Position numbers and translations under genes: made by a program. 64,000 nt of DNA from Nitrospirota bacterium. GTDB lineage: Bacteria; Nitrospirota; UBA9217. Of the stretch, positions 9,460 through 18,168 are shown piece after piece. Every line of letters begins with the position of its first letter. The first letter of the stretch is position 1. The notes beneath the pieces are model-generated. The model ran no database searches, was not told where the DNA came from, and saw nothing but the letters and a program-made list of their open reading frames with translations. Where the stretch lies: NCBI GenBank assembly GCA_963751455.1, contig CAVVUN010000012.1:64001-128000 (forward strand), written 5' to 3'.

Positions 9460-9930
9460 ATGATCGAGTCAATTCCGGTTGCACTAACAAGCCTCAAAGC
9501 GGCAACGGACATAATTTCATCCTTGCTTAAACTTCGTGAGTTCAACAACCATGCCGGAGAGATTGCACAACTCCTCAACCACATTATCCAAGCCAATACT
9601 ACAATTATCTCCGTACAGCAAGATCATTCTTCTTTGACGGCGAAAGTACAAGAACTTGAAAAGGAATGTGTGCGCCTCAAAGATTGGAGCGCAGAAAAAG
9701 ACCAATATGAACGAAGAAACATTGGCCCCGGTGTTTTTGCATACATACTGAAAGGCTACAAAGACGAGTTCGAGAAAGCGCATAAATTTTGCTGTAATTG
9801 CTTCGATAAAACTATCAAATCTACTCTTCAACAATCTGAAGATAATAAAGGTCGTGGACGCTTTAACATTCTTACTTGTCCTAACGGATGTCCTAAAATC
9901 GAATTTCATTACTACCTCGAAAATAAATGA
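9460..9930 (+). CDS. Cassette-encoded coiled-coil plus zinc-ribbon protein
   Basis: RBS AAGGAG; CCNC...CPNGC cysteine pairs. Confidence 0.8.
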   Translation: MIESIPVALTSLKAATDIISSLLKLREFNNHAGEIAQLLNHIIQANTTIISVQQDHSSLTAKVQELEKECVRLKDWSAEKDQYERRNIGPGVFAYILKGYKDEFEKAHKFCCNCFDKTIKSTLQQSEDNKGRGRFNILTCPNGCPKIEFHYYLENK

Positions 9931-10051
9931 TCTATAGCCAGCAGGCCTATAGCCCGACAAGCGGCTCAACGTTTCAAAGGAACCCAAAGTCTTTTCTTTA
10001 TCATGTACGTTTTCCCGCCATAGATGGCGATAATCTTACTACAGGAGGAAA

Positions 10052-10369
10052 GTGATGAAATTACCAGAAAAGCAATTGCGTTACATTGATCGACCTGAGA
10101 TTTACGAGACATATGCAGACTCCTTGGGTTTGTCAACATTCGATGGTCACAGTTTGAGAGTTGAATTGTGTGTTACTCGACTTGATCCGCCTTCGCCGCC
10201 GAAACAACCAACGGGAAGAAAATATCCTACATGCCGATTAGTTTTATCTCCCGAAGCTTCCGTAGAACTATTCAATCAATTACAGCAGATGATAGGCGTC
10301 ATGCAACAGCAAGGCTTGGTCGTAAAAAACGAACCGCCTAAAGGTGGAACTCCACCAGCAGTTCACTAA
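10052..10369 (+). CDS. Cassette-encoded hypothetical protein
   Basis: RBS AGGAGG; followed by attC. Confidence 0.8.
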   Translation: MMKLPEKQLRYIDRPEIYETYADSLGLSTFDGHSLRVELCVTRLDPPSPPKQPTGRKYPTCRLVLSPEASVELFNQLQQMIGVMQQQGLVVKNEPPKGGTPPAVH

Positions 10370-10384
10370 TACGATACAACTGCA

Positions 10385-10435
10385 TTCCAACCAGCGGCTC
10401 GACCCGACGAAGCGCGGGTCATCCGGGCGTTATAT
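10385..10435 (+). mobile_element. attC site
   Basis: TTCCAAC...GACCCG/CGGGTC...GTTATAT. Confidence 0.75.
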
Positions 10436-10457
10436 CGTAATCTCTTGGGAGGTACGC

Positions 10458-10700
10458 ATGACCCCGCGCTAGAAAAAAACCCGTTACGAAGACACCGCAG
10501 AATACAAAAAAGATGTGGTGCATGAAATCAGATTTATTAAGGGCGATAAAGACTTTGGATGGCTTCATCTTTGGGGCGATCCGAAAGAAAAGCCGGGCGT
10601 TATTCAGGATGCTATAAAAGAATTCGAGCATGCGCATGGAATATTTGACTGGCACGAAAAAGCCGACCGATATGAAACACGTAGTTATTGGTTTGGATAA
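10458..10700 (+). pseudogene. Small cassette ORF with in-frame TAG at codon 5
   Basis: GGAGG then ATG ACC CCG CGC TAG, in frame with KKTRYEDTAEYKKDVVHEIRF... Confidence 0.55.
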
Positions 10701-10718
10701 ACACAAAAGGAGCCCAAA

Positions 10719-10958
10719 ATGCCTTTACCAAAAATGATGAGATCTTGTGATCTTTGCCATAGCCAATTTCAGTTTGGTCCGCACCGATATGACGGAAAGC
10801 ATATCTCACGTTATGATCTTACAGTTTGCCGCACTTGTTATGATGCAAATTGGGACGGTTGGGCACCTCATTATGAAAAAATAATTGAATCGCGTCTTGC
10901 CTCAAAGAATCTACCCAAACCGCCGAGAAATTCTAAAGGCTGGTATCCACGCGACTAA
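10719..10958 (+). CDS. Small zinc-finger protein (CxxC...CxxC), cassette-encoded
   Basis: RBS AAGGAG; CDLC and CRTC. Confidence 0.75.
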   Translation: MPLPKMMRSCDLCHSQFQFGPHRYDGKHISRYDLTVCRTCYDANWDGWAPHYEKIIESRLASKNLPKPPRNSKGWYPRD

Positions 10959-10979
10959 AACCGCTGAACGTAAATAAAA

Positions 10980-11031
10980 TTATAACCTGAAGATCGAGCC
11001 CCACGTAACGTGGCTCATCATCGCGTTATAC
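10980..11031 (+). mobile_element. attC site
   Basis: TTATAAC...GAT-c-GAGCC/GGCTC-ATC...GTTATAC; R'' complements the preceding GTTATA. Confidence 0.85.
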
Positions 11032-11044
11032 TGAGATATCGCTT

Positions 11045-12043
11045 ATGCGATGCATATATTGTTTAGAGGACAAGAAGAAATCGGATTTTCAAAAAAGAGA
11101 ACATGTGATTCCGCAGTCTTTCGGATTGTTCTCCCCAGATAATCTTCTCCTATATGAGACCATTTGTGATGATTGCAATCAATATTTCGGTGACAAAATA
11201 GAGTTGTTTTTGGGACGAGATTCATTTGAGGGTGTGGAACGATTAAGACATGGTTTAAAGCCCAAAGCTCCGCTTGCTAGGCGAAGAAGAGTAAAAAGTA
11301 AAATAAAAGAGGGTGACTGGAAGGGGCTCGTTGTAGAAGAACGACTTTGTGGAGTTAATGAGTTAGGGGTAGAGAAATCCGTTCAAGTGGGATTCTATAA
11401 TGCCAATGAAGACGAGTATCATTATTTTACTCCTGATAATATTCCCTCAAAGGAAGAGCTTATCGAACGGGGCTATCTAAAGAAAGGAACCACGATCTGG
11501 CTTGTCGCGGAAGAAGGTCGAGAAATAGATGAATTAATAGCATTGCTTCGAGGAAAAGGCATCGAAATCGCTGACAAGGATTACTTAGAAAAGAAGCAAC
11601 TACCAGACGGAAGAATACCTATTGAAATGGAAGTAACGATTGATCGCGTGATAATGAGAGGCTTCTGCAAAATCGCCTTCAATTATCTCGCATACGTTGC
11701 TGGAAAACATTTCATGTTCTCTGAAAACTTCCACGGAATACGACGATTTATTAGATATGACCAAGGTGATTGCCGCCGATATTTAAATGTGAACCAGTCT
11801 CCCATACTCTATTATGACCAAACGATGAAAATTAAAACAACTAACGGACATCTGATCACCGTCGAATGGAATCACAGCAAACTTTTTAGTAAAGTTAGTT
11901 TATTTAACACTTATACTTATGGCGTGACTCTTTGCGATAATTTTAGCGGCATTTGGATACCTCTCAAATCAGGCCATCATTTTGATATTGAAACAAAACA
12001 AGTTGGTAAGCTCATGTCAGTAAACAAGAGACTTATTATCTAA
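11045..12043 (+). CDS. HNH endonuclease-domain protein, cassette-encoded
   Basis: CIYC, EHVIPQSFG, ICDDCNQYFG; C-terminal KIAFNYL. Confidence 0.85.
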   Translation: MRCIYCLEDKKKSDFQKREHVIPQSFGLFSPDNLLLYETICDDCNQYFGDKIELFLGRDSFEGVERLRHGLKPKAPLARRRRVKSKIKEGDWKGLVVEERLCGVNELGVEKSVQVGFYNANEDEYHYFTPDNIPSKEELIERGYLKKGTTIWLVAEEGREIDELIALLRGKGIEIADKDYLEKKQLPDGRIPIEMEVTIDRVIMRGFCKIAFNYLAYVAGKHFMFSENFHGIRRFIRYDQGDCRRYLNVNQSPILYYDQTMKIKTTNGHLITVEWNHSKLFSKVSLFNTYTYGVTLCDNFSGIWIPLKSGHHFDIETKQVGKLMSVNKRLII

Positions 12044-12062
12044 TTGGCTACGGTTGCCGAGT

Positions 12063-12119
12063 GCATAACTAGCGGGTCAACATCGACTCGCCTTGCGGCG
12101 AGTTAGCCGCGTGTTGGTA
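12063..12119 (+). mobile_element. attC site
   Basis: GCATAAC...GCGG/CCGC, CTCGCC/GGCGAG...GTTGGTA. Confidence 0.85.
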
Positions 12120-12184
12120 TTGGACAAATCAATCTAAGTAGTGTGTTTATCGTTCTGCTTATTTCACAGTTAAGAGTCAACGTT

Positions 12185-12661
12185 ATGGACATAACAACTA
12201 TCACTGATCAAATCAAGAGGGTCCCTATGTCTTCCTGGATATCTTTGTGTGCATTAGCTATTTCGGTTATTAGTCTCTACGTATCTCTTCGTAAACTTGA
12301 CCGCGAGCGGAAAATGGATTCTGCGAAGAAAAGGACTGAATTGATGAACAGGCTTTCAGATGCGAAGAGGAATCTAGAAACCTCCTTGAGTTATTGCAAA
12401 CTACCAAGACCTGTATCAAAAGAATGTAAAGATAGGTGGCAAGCACATCTTCCGGGAATAGAAAATATTATTAAGAAAATAAGTGAAACATACCAGAAGC
12501 TTGAGCAATATGGACATAATATAGACCCTCTGAAGCTTGAAGCCATGACGCCGGAAATATATGAAGTGCTGAAAGTTAGTGAAGATAGCAGGTCCGAACT
12601 TAAGGAACTTCTGGAGATGTGTCTTTCATGCCCTTCGAGTAAGGTGGAGCCACCGAAATGA
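12185..12661 (+). CDS. Cassette-encoded single-TM helical protein
   Basis: N-terminal TM WISLCALAISVISLYVSL, then predicted helical region; followed by attC. Confidence 0.75.
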   Translation: MDITTITDQIKRVPMSSWISLCALAISVISLYVSLRKLDRERKMDSAKKRTELMNRLSDAKRNLETSLSYCKLPRPVSKECKDRWQAHLPGIENIIKKISETYQKLEQYGHNIDPLKLEAMTPEIYEVLKVSEDSRSELKELLEMCLSCPSSKVEPPK

Positions 12662-12663
12662 AG

Positions 12664-12720
12664 AACCAACAAGCCGGTCCACTGCGACGCGCCTTGCGGC
12701 GCGTGACCGGCGTGTTCTCC
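12664..12720 (+). mobile_element. attC site
   Basis: AACCAAC-aa-GCCGGT-c-CAC...GTG-ACCGGC-gt-GTTCTCC; R'' complements the preceding GTTGGT. Confidence 0.9.
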
Positions 12721-12789
12721 CGGCGCTTCGCGCCGCGAGAATGCGGCGGTAACTCGCGGGACTGCCATCCCGGCGCAAACAAAGCGCCG

Positions 12790-12851
12790 GGAGAACCAGG
12801 CAGTCAAGATCGTCGCCCCTTACGGGGCCGCGACTTACCGCCGCATTAGTT
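12790..12851 (+). mobile_element. attC site of a gene-less cassette (core GTT changed to ATT)
   Basis: GGAGAAC is the exact complement of the preceding GTTCTCC; ends ATTAGTT. Confidence 0.75.
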
Positions 12852-12896
12852 TTGATTAGGCCAGTCAACTCCAGTTGTTTTCAGTCAGGACTTATT

Positions 12897-14255
12897 ATGA
12901 ATGAACCTAAAGTCAACCTGTTTTATAGCTACTCTCATAAGGATGAATCGCTAAGAGACGCGCTTGAAACGCATTTATCAATTCTTAAACGGCAGGGACT
13001 TCTTTCAGATTGGCATGACCGAAAGATTATTGCTGGAAAAGACTGGGAGAGAGAAATCGATGCCTATATGACTGCGGCTGATATCATTCTCCTTCTTGTC
13101 AGTCCTGATATGATTGCCTCAGATTATTGTTATGGGAAAGAGCTAAGTAAGGCGTTAGAACGCCACGAGTCAGGCCATACAATGGTCGTCCCAGTTATTG
13201 CAAGACCCGTCGATTGGGCTAGTATGCCATTTGCAAAATTTCAAGCACTTCCCCGGGATGGAAAACCTGTAACTTCATGGGGAAACATTGATGAAGCCTG
13301 GTTAGATGTAGAGATGGGATTAAGGCGGACAATTGAAAAGATTACCACTGAAAAAGCATCCTCTTCTTCTCATCAAGCTAAGCCTGAACGTCTTAAAGAT
13401 TTGATTATGCCCGAGTTTGTTCGAATTGAGAACGCCTATGAAGGAATGAAAAAATTTAGTGGCGCATCAACAGGATTCAACGATCTCGATAAAATAATAG
13501 ATGGCATTCACCCTGGTGATATTTTATTAGTTGCTAGTCGTCCCTCCATGGGGAAAACAGATTTTGCATTAAATGTTGCCCAGCAATTTGCCATTGGTTC
13601 GGGATCAACTGTAGTCTATTTTTCGCTTCGTAAAGCACAAGATCACGTTCTTAGACGGCTTCTGTCGTCTCAAGGCAAAGTCCAAAACTCAAAGCTTGTT
13701 CGCGGCTTTTTGAGAGAATCTGACTGGCCCAAGATATCCCTCGCTGCTGGAACGCTTGCAGAAGCACCGATCTTCATTGATGGAACTTCAAATTTAACTG
13801 ATACCGATTTAACTTCACGTATAGACGGTCTGAAGGATAACAAACTAGGCTTGATAATAATCGACGGCATTGAGCACATCTCATCTGAGAAGAATCATTC
13901 TACTCGAAACACTGAAGTAACATCAATTATTTCAGCTATTAAAAATCTCGCGAGGCAGCAGAAAATACCAATCATTATAACCGCGAACACGAGTCGTGAA
14001 AGTGACCTGCGTAGAGACAAACGGCCAATACTTCGCGATTTGGCGGAATGGGAAATGTTTGCCTCGGATATAGCTAATGTTGTCATTTTCCTCTATCGTG
14101 ATGAGATATACAACATTGACTCTCCGGACAAGGGAACTACCGAAATAATAGTAGCCAAAAATGATTATGGTCCGATAAATGTAGTTCGCGTTAAATATTA
14201 TTCAGAATATTGTTCTTTTGAAAACATTGAGGATACCAACAAGCGCGTCGAGTGA
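12897..14255 (+). CDS. TIR domain-DnaB-like helicase C-terminal domain fusion, cassette-encoded
   Basis: TIR: LFYSYSHKD, WHDRKI, ADIILLLVSPD, SDYCYGKEL. DnaB-C: STGFNDLD, ASRPSMGKT, DKRP, IFLYRDE, EIIVAK. Confidence 0.92.
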   Translation: MNEPKVNLFYSYSHKDESLRDALETHLSILKRQGLLSDWHDRKIIAGKDWEREIDAYMTAADIILLLVSPDMIASDYCYGKELSKALERHESGHTMVVPVIARPVDWASMPFAKFQALPRDGKPVTSWGNIDEAWLDVEMGLRRTIEKITTEKASSSSHQAKPERLKDLIMPEFVRIENAYEGMKKFSGASTGFNDLDKIIDGIHPGDILLVASRPSMGKTDFALNVAQQFAIGSGSTVVYFSLRKAQDHVLRRLLSSQGKVQNSKLVRGFLRESDWPKISLAAGTLAEAPIFIDGTSNLTDTDLTSRIDGLKDNKLGLIIIDGIEHISSEKNHSTRNTEVTSIISAIKNLARQQKIPIIITANTSRESDLRRDKRPILRDLAEWEMFASDIANVVIFLYRDEIYNIDSPDKGTTEIIVAKNDYGPINVVRVKYYSEYCSFENIEDTNKRVE

Positions 14256-14291
14256 GTCGCGAAAATCTCGCTCCTCACGCGCGCGTTGTAA
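14234..14291 (+). mobile_element. attC site overlapping the stop codon of the TIR-DnaB gene
   Basis: TACCAAC-aa-GCGCGT-c-GAG...CTC-ACGCGC-gc-GTTGTAA, 58 bp. Confidence 0.9.
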
Positions 14292-14417
14292 GTAAGGATG
14301 AGATCGCAAAATGAAATTCATAGAACATCGCAGTCCGTTTCGACTCTTTATCCTGCATATGATGAGATCATTCTCAAGATTGTGTCTCAAACCAGTACCG
14401 CTTGACAGGAGGAAGGC

Positions 14418-15083
14418 ATGTTCGAGAATCTGAAGCATAAACTAAGGATGTTGGCGACTATACCGGCTCCCTTCGACCCTTCATGTTTCGGAGATCCCCT
14501 AGCATCGCAAACCGCCTGGACGCCGGCACGAGGGGGCGGATCGAGTTTTCGGACCCATAATCTCATAAAAGCGGGGACAAACAGAGTCGAGTTCCGGCCA
14601 TCGTTTGGGGCAGTTCTATTTTACCTTCTGTTCCTGGTTATCGGCCTGGCAATGGTTATTGGCGCCGCTGTCATCTTATTGTCGCCCGAGAAATTCGAAT
14701 GGCGTACAGTGGCACTTCTGTCGGCGGGTCTGCTCTTTGCCGGCCTCGGCGGTTATCTGTTCAACTCTAACACACAACCGCTTGTTTTCGAGAAAGCCCG
14801 GGGCGTATTCTGGAAAGGCAGGAAGGGCCCGGACGAAGTCATTGATAACAAGGTAGCCGGCCGGTTTGCCCGCCTGGATGATGTTCACGCTTTGCAATTG
14901 ATCGTGGAACACTGCAGTGGCGGCAAGAGTTCATTTTACAGTTACGAGTTGAATCTTGTTCTGAAAAATGGTGAGCGCATTAATGTAGTTGATCACGGAA
15001 ACAGAAATAAGCTCCGGGAAGATGCGGAGACAGTGGCAGCGTTTCTCGGGAAGCCGCTGTGGGATGCAACGACAAGAGTATAG
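14418..15083 (+). CDS. Two-TM membrane protein, paralog of 17465-18121
   Basis: RBS AGGAGG; shared FGDP, FWKGRK.PDEV, HALQLI, YELNLVLK, LREDA motifs. Confidence 0.85.
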   Translation: MFENLKHKLRMLATIPAPFDPSCFGDPLASQTAWTPARGGGSSFRTHNLIKAGTNRVEFRPSFGAVLFYLLFLVIGLAMVIGAAVILLSPEKFEWRTVALLSAGLLFAGLGGYLFNSNTQPLVFEKARGVFWKGRKGPDEVIDNKVAGRFARLDDVHALQLIVEHCSGGKSSFYSYELNLVLKNGERINVVDHGNRNKLREDAETVAAFLGKPLWDATTRV

Positions 15084-15382
15084 CGAGACACAGGCATCAC
15101 TTTATTGAACGTAGGCCGACAAAAAATTGACCGGTTTTATTTGGCGTTGAATTTCCCATCCATAACTCCCGGTGTCATCACGCATTGAATTAAACCGCAC
15201 CAGGAAAGGTTGCCTGGGGCATTCCCTTCAGAAGCTATTCCATATTTTTATATTAATTTATTTTCGTTGACTATTCCATATATTGAATATTAGTTTTTGA
15301 TTAACCCTTGGAATTCATGTAGTTTTTTTCTTAAATTCATTGACCATTCATTTAATCTATGTTACGGTATTTCGAACCGATA

Positions 15383-15561
15383 ATCCTGGAAACGGCATTT
15401 GGACGCAGATGAACGCAGATTTACGCAGATAAAACAAAGTCTTTTTAATCAAATGCGACTCACCAGTTGGGTGATTCTTTTTAAAAGTTGAAAATCATTT
15501 TTACTCAAGCATTATCTGCGTTTATCCGATTTTTCTGCGTCCCAACTGCTCTTTTTAGGAT
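15383..15561 (+). mobile_element. MITE-like palindromic element
   Basis: Ends ATCCTGGAAACGGCA...TGCTCTTTTTAGGAT with internal ACGCAGAT repeats; inverted homolog at 50877-51044. Confidence 0.65.
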
Positions 15562-15699
15562 AATACCATGTTAAAATCCTATGAAGATCCAGGCTCAAAC
15601 AATCAAAGTGATTTTTTGGTCGACGGTTGCAACTATTGACACCGTACTCATTTTACAGGGCGGCTTGTGTATCACAGTCGTATTTACGGCCTTAATTGC

Positions 15700-16476
15700 C
15701 AGGGGCGATTGCCTTCTGCCTTGGTGCCCTCATGTACTACTGGGTGTTCTATCAATCTAGTACACTGTAAAAGTAATTCTTGATACAGGCTGAAAACGGC
15801 ATAGAATATTTACCGCGAAGTCGCGAGGAACGCGAGGAAAGCAAAATTCCCGTACTATGTCAGCCTTCGTGGCGTCCTTTGCGCCCTCGCGGTTCAATCT
15901 TTTTGATTTCTGGCTTGGTGCCATAAAGCGCACCGGAATGACAGCTTGGCACTATTAGCAATTATGTTTACGCTGTACTAGTGCACTGTAAAACTAATTC
16001 TTGATTGTATTGCACCTTTAGCCGGGTCCAGTAGTCAGTTACAAATCAAATTCCTCTCAAAACGGCAGGAACATTTACCGCGAAGTCGCGAGGAACGCGA
16101 GGAAAGCGAAATTCCCGTAATATGCCACAGGATAGTATTGCCTTCCTGGCGACCTTTGCGCCCTCGCGGTTCAATCTTTTTAGTTCCGGCTTGTTGGCTT
16201 AAAGCACACCGTAATGACGTCGTGGAACTATTAACAACTAGGTTTACGTTGTACTAGACTCATCCTCGATGGCTATCTGGCTGGGGGCTCGTTGCAATTA
16301 CATTGCACTTATCAGCGGCTCTGTTGGATGTGTTCGGCGAAGGACCCTTTTCAATGATGACGATTCTATTAAACATTCCAATACTCCTGAATGAGATGGT
16401 TCTCGCAGCATGGCTGATAGCGAAAGTATTCAGTTCATCTGCAATCGCGTTCGGGTCTGTAGACGTTGGTTCATAG
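15700..16476 (+). pseudogene. Membrane protein remnant (DUF4386-like) interrupted by tandem MITEs
   Basis: GAIAFCLGALMYYWVFYQS before the CTAG site continues as PRWLSGWGL...EMVLAAWLIAK after it. Confidence 0.6.
15757..16257. mobile_element. Two tandem MITE-like elements bounded by CTAG
   Basis: Units 15757-15981 and 15978-16257; ends CTAGT(A/G)CACTGTAAA...TTTACG(C/T)TGTACTAG; shared internal ACCGCGAAGTCGCGAGGAACGCGAGGAAAGC. Confidence 0.8.
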
Positions 16477-16566
16477 TTGGTAGGTTCAGCAAAGGCGTTG
16501 GGTTTCACTTCGTTCTACCCAAACCTACCGACTAATTAATAAAAGGGCTTTGCGAAAGGAGATTGT

Positions 16567-17427
16567 ATGCAAAAAATGATATTGATCGTTCTGCTGCTCG
16601 TCACGATGGTTTCTCCTGTTTTCGGCGACGGTGGATGTCCCGAACGTCCGGCCAATCAGCAGGAGCTGGCAGCTTTCCAGTCAGCCTACAGTGCGGCAAA
16701 GGCAGCACTGCCTCCGGCACCCAAGGACTGGGTCATGAAGGACGACACTGAGGCGGGCCTCGGGACGTCCGTGCCGAAATGTCCGAAAAGTTCCAACGAC
16801 ACGCCCATCTTCTATTGGCTCAAGTTCAAGTATGCATACAGCGATGAGGCCTCGGACCGTGCGGACCAGAATGCGTTCAACGACGCCATGAAGGGGACCC
16901 CGGAGCAGCAGGCGAAACTGGCAGAGCTGGACCGGAAGATCGAAGCATTGGAAAATGCAAAAAAGGAAGCGCGCAAAAACAACGACTCGGCCGAGAAAAA
17001 CCGGATCAAGGAGGAAGTCAGTGCCGCGAAGGGAGAAAGAAGCAAGATCAAAACGGAGATCAGCAACGCCTATGTGCAGCGGGCCATGTCAGGGCAACTG
17101 TCCCAGGACATGGACAAGACCAAACCTGGCCGCAAGGATGCGGAGTTGATCATCAAGGTCAATGAAAACCATGCCTGGATCCCGGTCCGTGACAAGCCGG
17201 TGTCGATTGCCGGCGCTTCTCAGGCGTATTGGTGCAAGGGGGACAAGAACGGAGGCCGCCTCGTGATCCTGCTCGGCGCATGGGATAAAAACTTCAAATC
17301 GGACCTTGCCAGGACGTCTGTTGTGACCAAGGCGCAGAATATAATCATCGAGATCAACGCCGATCAGCAGATGGCCGAGACCCTGGCGCGGCAAATAAAG
17401 CTCGACCTGTTGAAAAAGCAGCTCTAG
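16567..17427 (+). CDS. Secreted hypothetical protein with central coiled coil
   Basis: RBS AAGGAG, signal peptide, heptad-rich middle. Confidence 0.85.
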   Translation: MQKMILIVLLLVTMVSPVFGDGGCPERPANQQELAAFQSAYSAAKAALPPAPKDWVMKDDTEAGLGTSVPKCPKSSNDTPIFYWLKFKYAYSDEASDRADQNAFNDAMKGTPEQQAKLAELDRKIEALENAKKEARKNNDSAEKNRIKEEVSAAKGERSKIKTEISNAYVQRAMSGQLSQDMDKTKPGRKDAELIIKVNENHAWIPVRDKPVSIAGASQAYWCKGDKNGGRLVILLGAWDKNFKSDLARTSVVTKAQNIIIEINADQQMAETLARQIKLDLLKKQL

Positions 17428-17464
17428 CTCCGCCAGTCGAACTCGTCTTTGATAAAGGAGCGTT

Positions 17465-18121
17465 ATGTTTAAAAAATTGGAGCAGAAGCTTCAAAGCATG
17501 GCCGCTGAAATCAAGAAATATGATCCTTCAGGTTTTGGAGACCCGATTGCCATGCAGACGGAGTGGACTTCCTCAATGGGCGGACCATCCGCTGATAAAC
17601 TGGTAAAAGTCTCTTCTGCGAGACTGGAATTCCGGGCATCTCTCACCGGCAAGCTGGTTTTTCTTTTTTTTACCTTGACCGGATTAGGAATGCTGATCGC
17701 CTTCACGGTCTACAAGCTTTCGCACGGAGGGCTGTCATTCGATAACGACACGATCGTGCCTCTCTTGATTGGCCTTGCCTTTACGCTCGCGGGAAGCCTT
17801 ATGCTGTATTCTATCACGGCTCCAGCCGTTTTTGACAAGCGCAGCGGGTTCTTCTGGAAGGGGCGGAAGGCCCCGGATGAGGTCAGTGACAGACGGACTA
17901 TTAAGTATTGCGCGAAGCTTGAAGATATCCATGCCCTGCAGCTCATTTCCTTTTTTTGCAGCGGCCCGAAAATGCGTCCACACTACAGATATGAATTGAA
18001 CCTTGTCCTGAAAGACGCCAAGCGCGTCTACATCGTTCTTGATGACAAGAAGGACAAGGTCAGGGAAGACGCGCGTACACTTTCTCAATTTTTGGACAAA
18101 CCTGTCTGGGATGCCATATGA
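17465..18121 (+). CDS. Two-TM membrane protein, paralog of 14418-15083
   Basis: RBS AAGGAG; shared motifs with 14418-15083. Confidence 0.85.
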   Translation: MFKKLEQKLQSMAAEIKKYDPSGFGDPIAMQTEWTSSMGGPSADKLVKVSSARLEFRASLTGKLVFLFFTLTGLGMLIAFTVYKLSHGGLSFDNDTIVPLLIGLAFTLAGSLMLYSITAPAVFDKRSGFFWKGRKAPDEVSDRRTIKYCAKLEDIHALQLISFFCSGPKMRPHYRYELNLVLKDAKRVYIVLDDKKDKVREDARTLSQFLDKPVWDAI

Positions 18122-18168
18122 ACGTATGGAACTATTTTTTACATTCTCGTTCTGATAAAGGAGAAAAA

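Noticed and set aside
10470-10472. In-frame TAG as pyrrolysine or recoding
   Set aside because: Lies in a Lys/Arg-rich N-terminus (AAG to TAG is plausible); other genes here use TAG as a normal stop.
12658-12849. 63-aa ORF and antisense ORFs over the attC pair
   Set aside because: They arise from GC-rich palindromic attC sequence and have no protein-like features.
12714-12851. Assignment as an HDV-like or other known ribozyme
   Set aside because: I could not map the required conserved core by eye; kept only as an unexplained structure.
12897-14255. Annotation as the replicative helicase dnaB
   Set aside because: No N-terminal DnaB domain, catalytic residues replaced, TIR fusion, cassette context.
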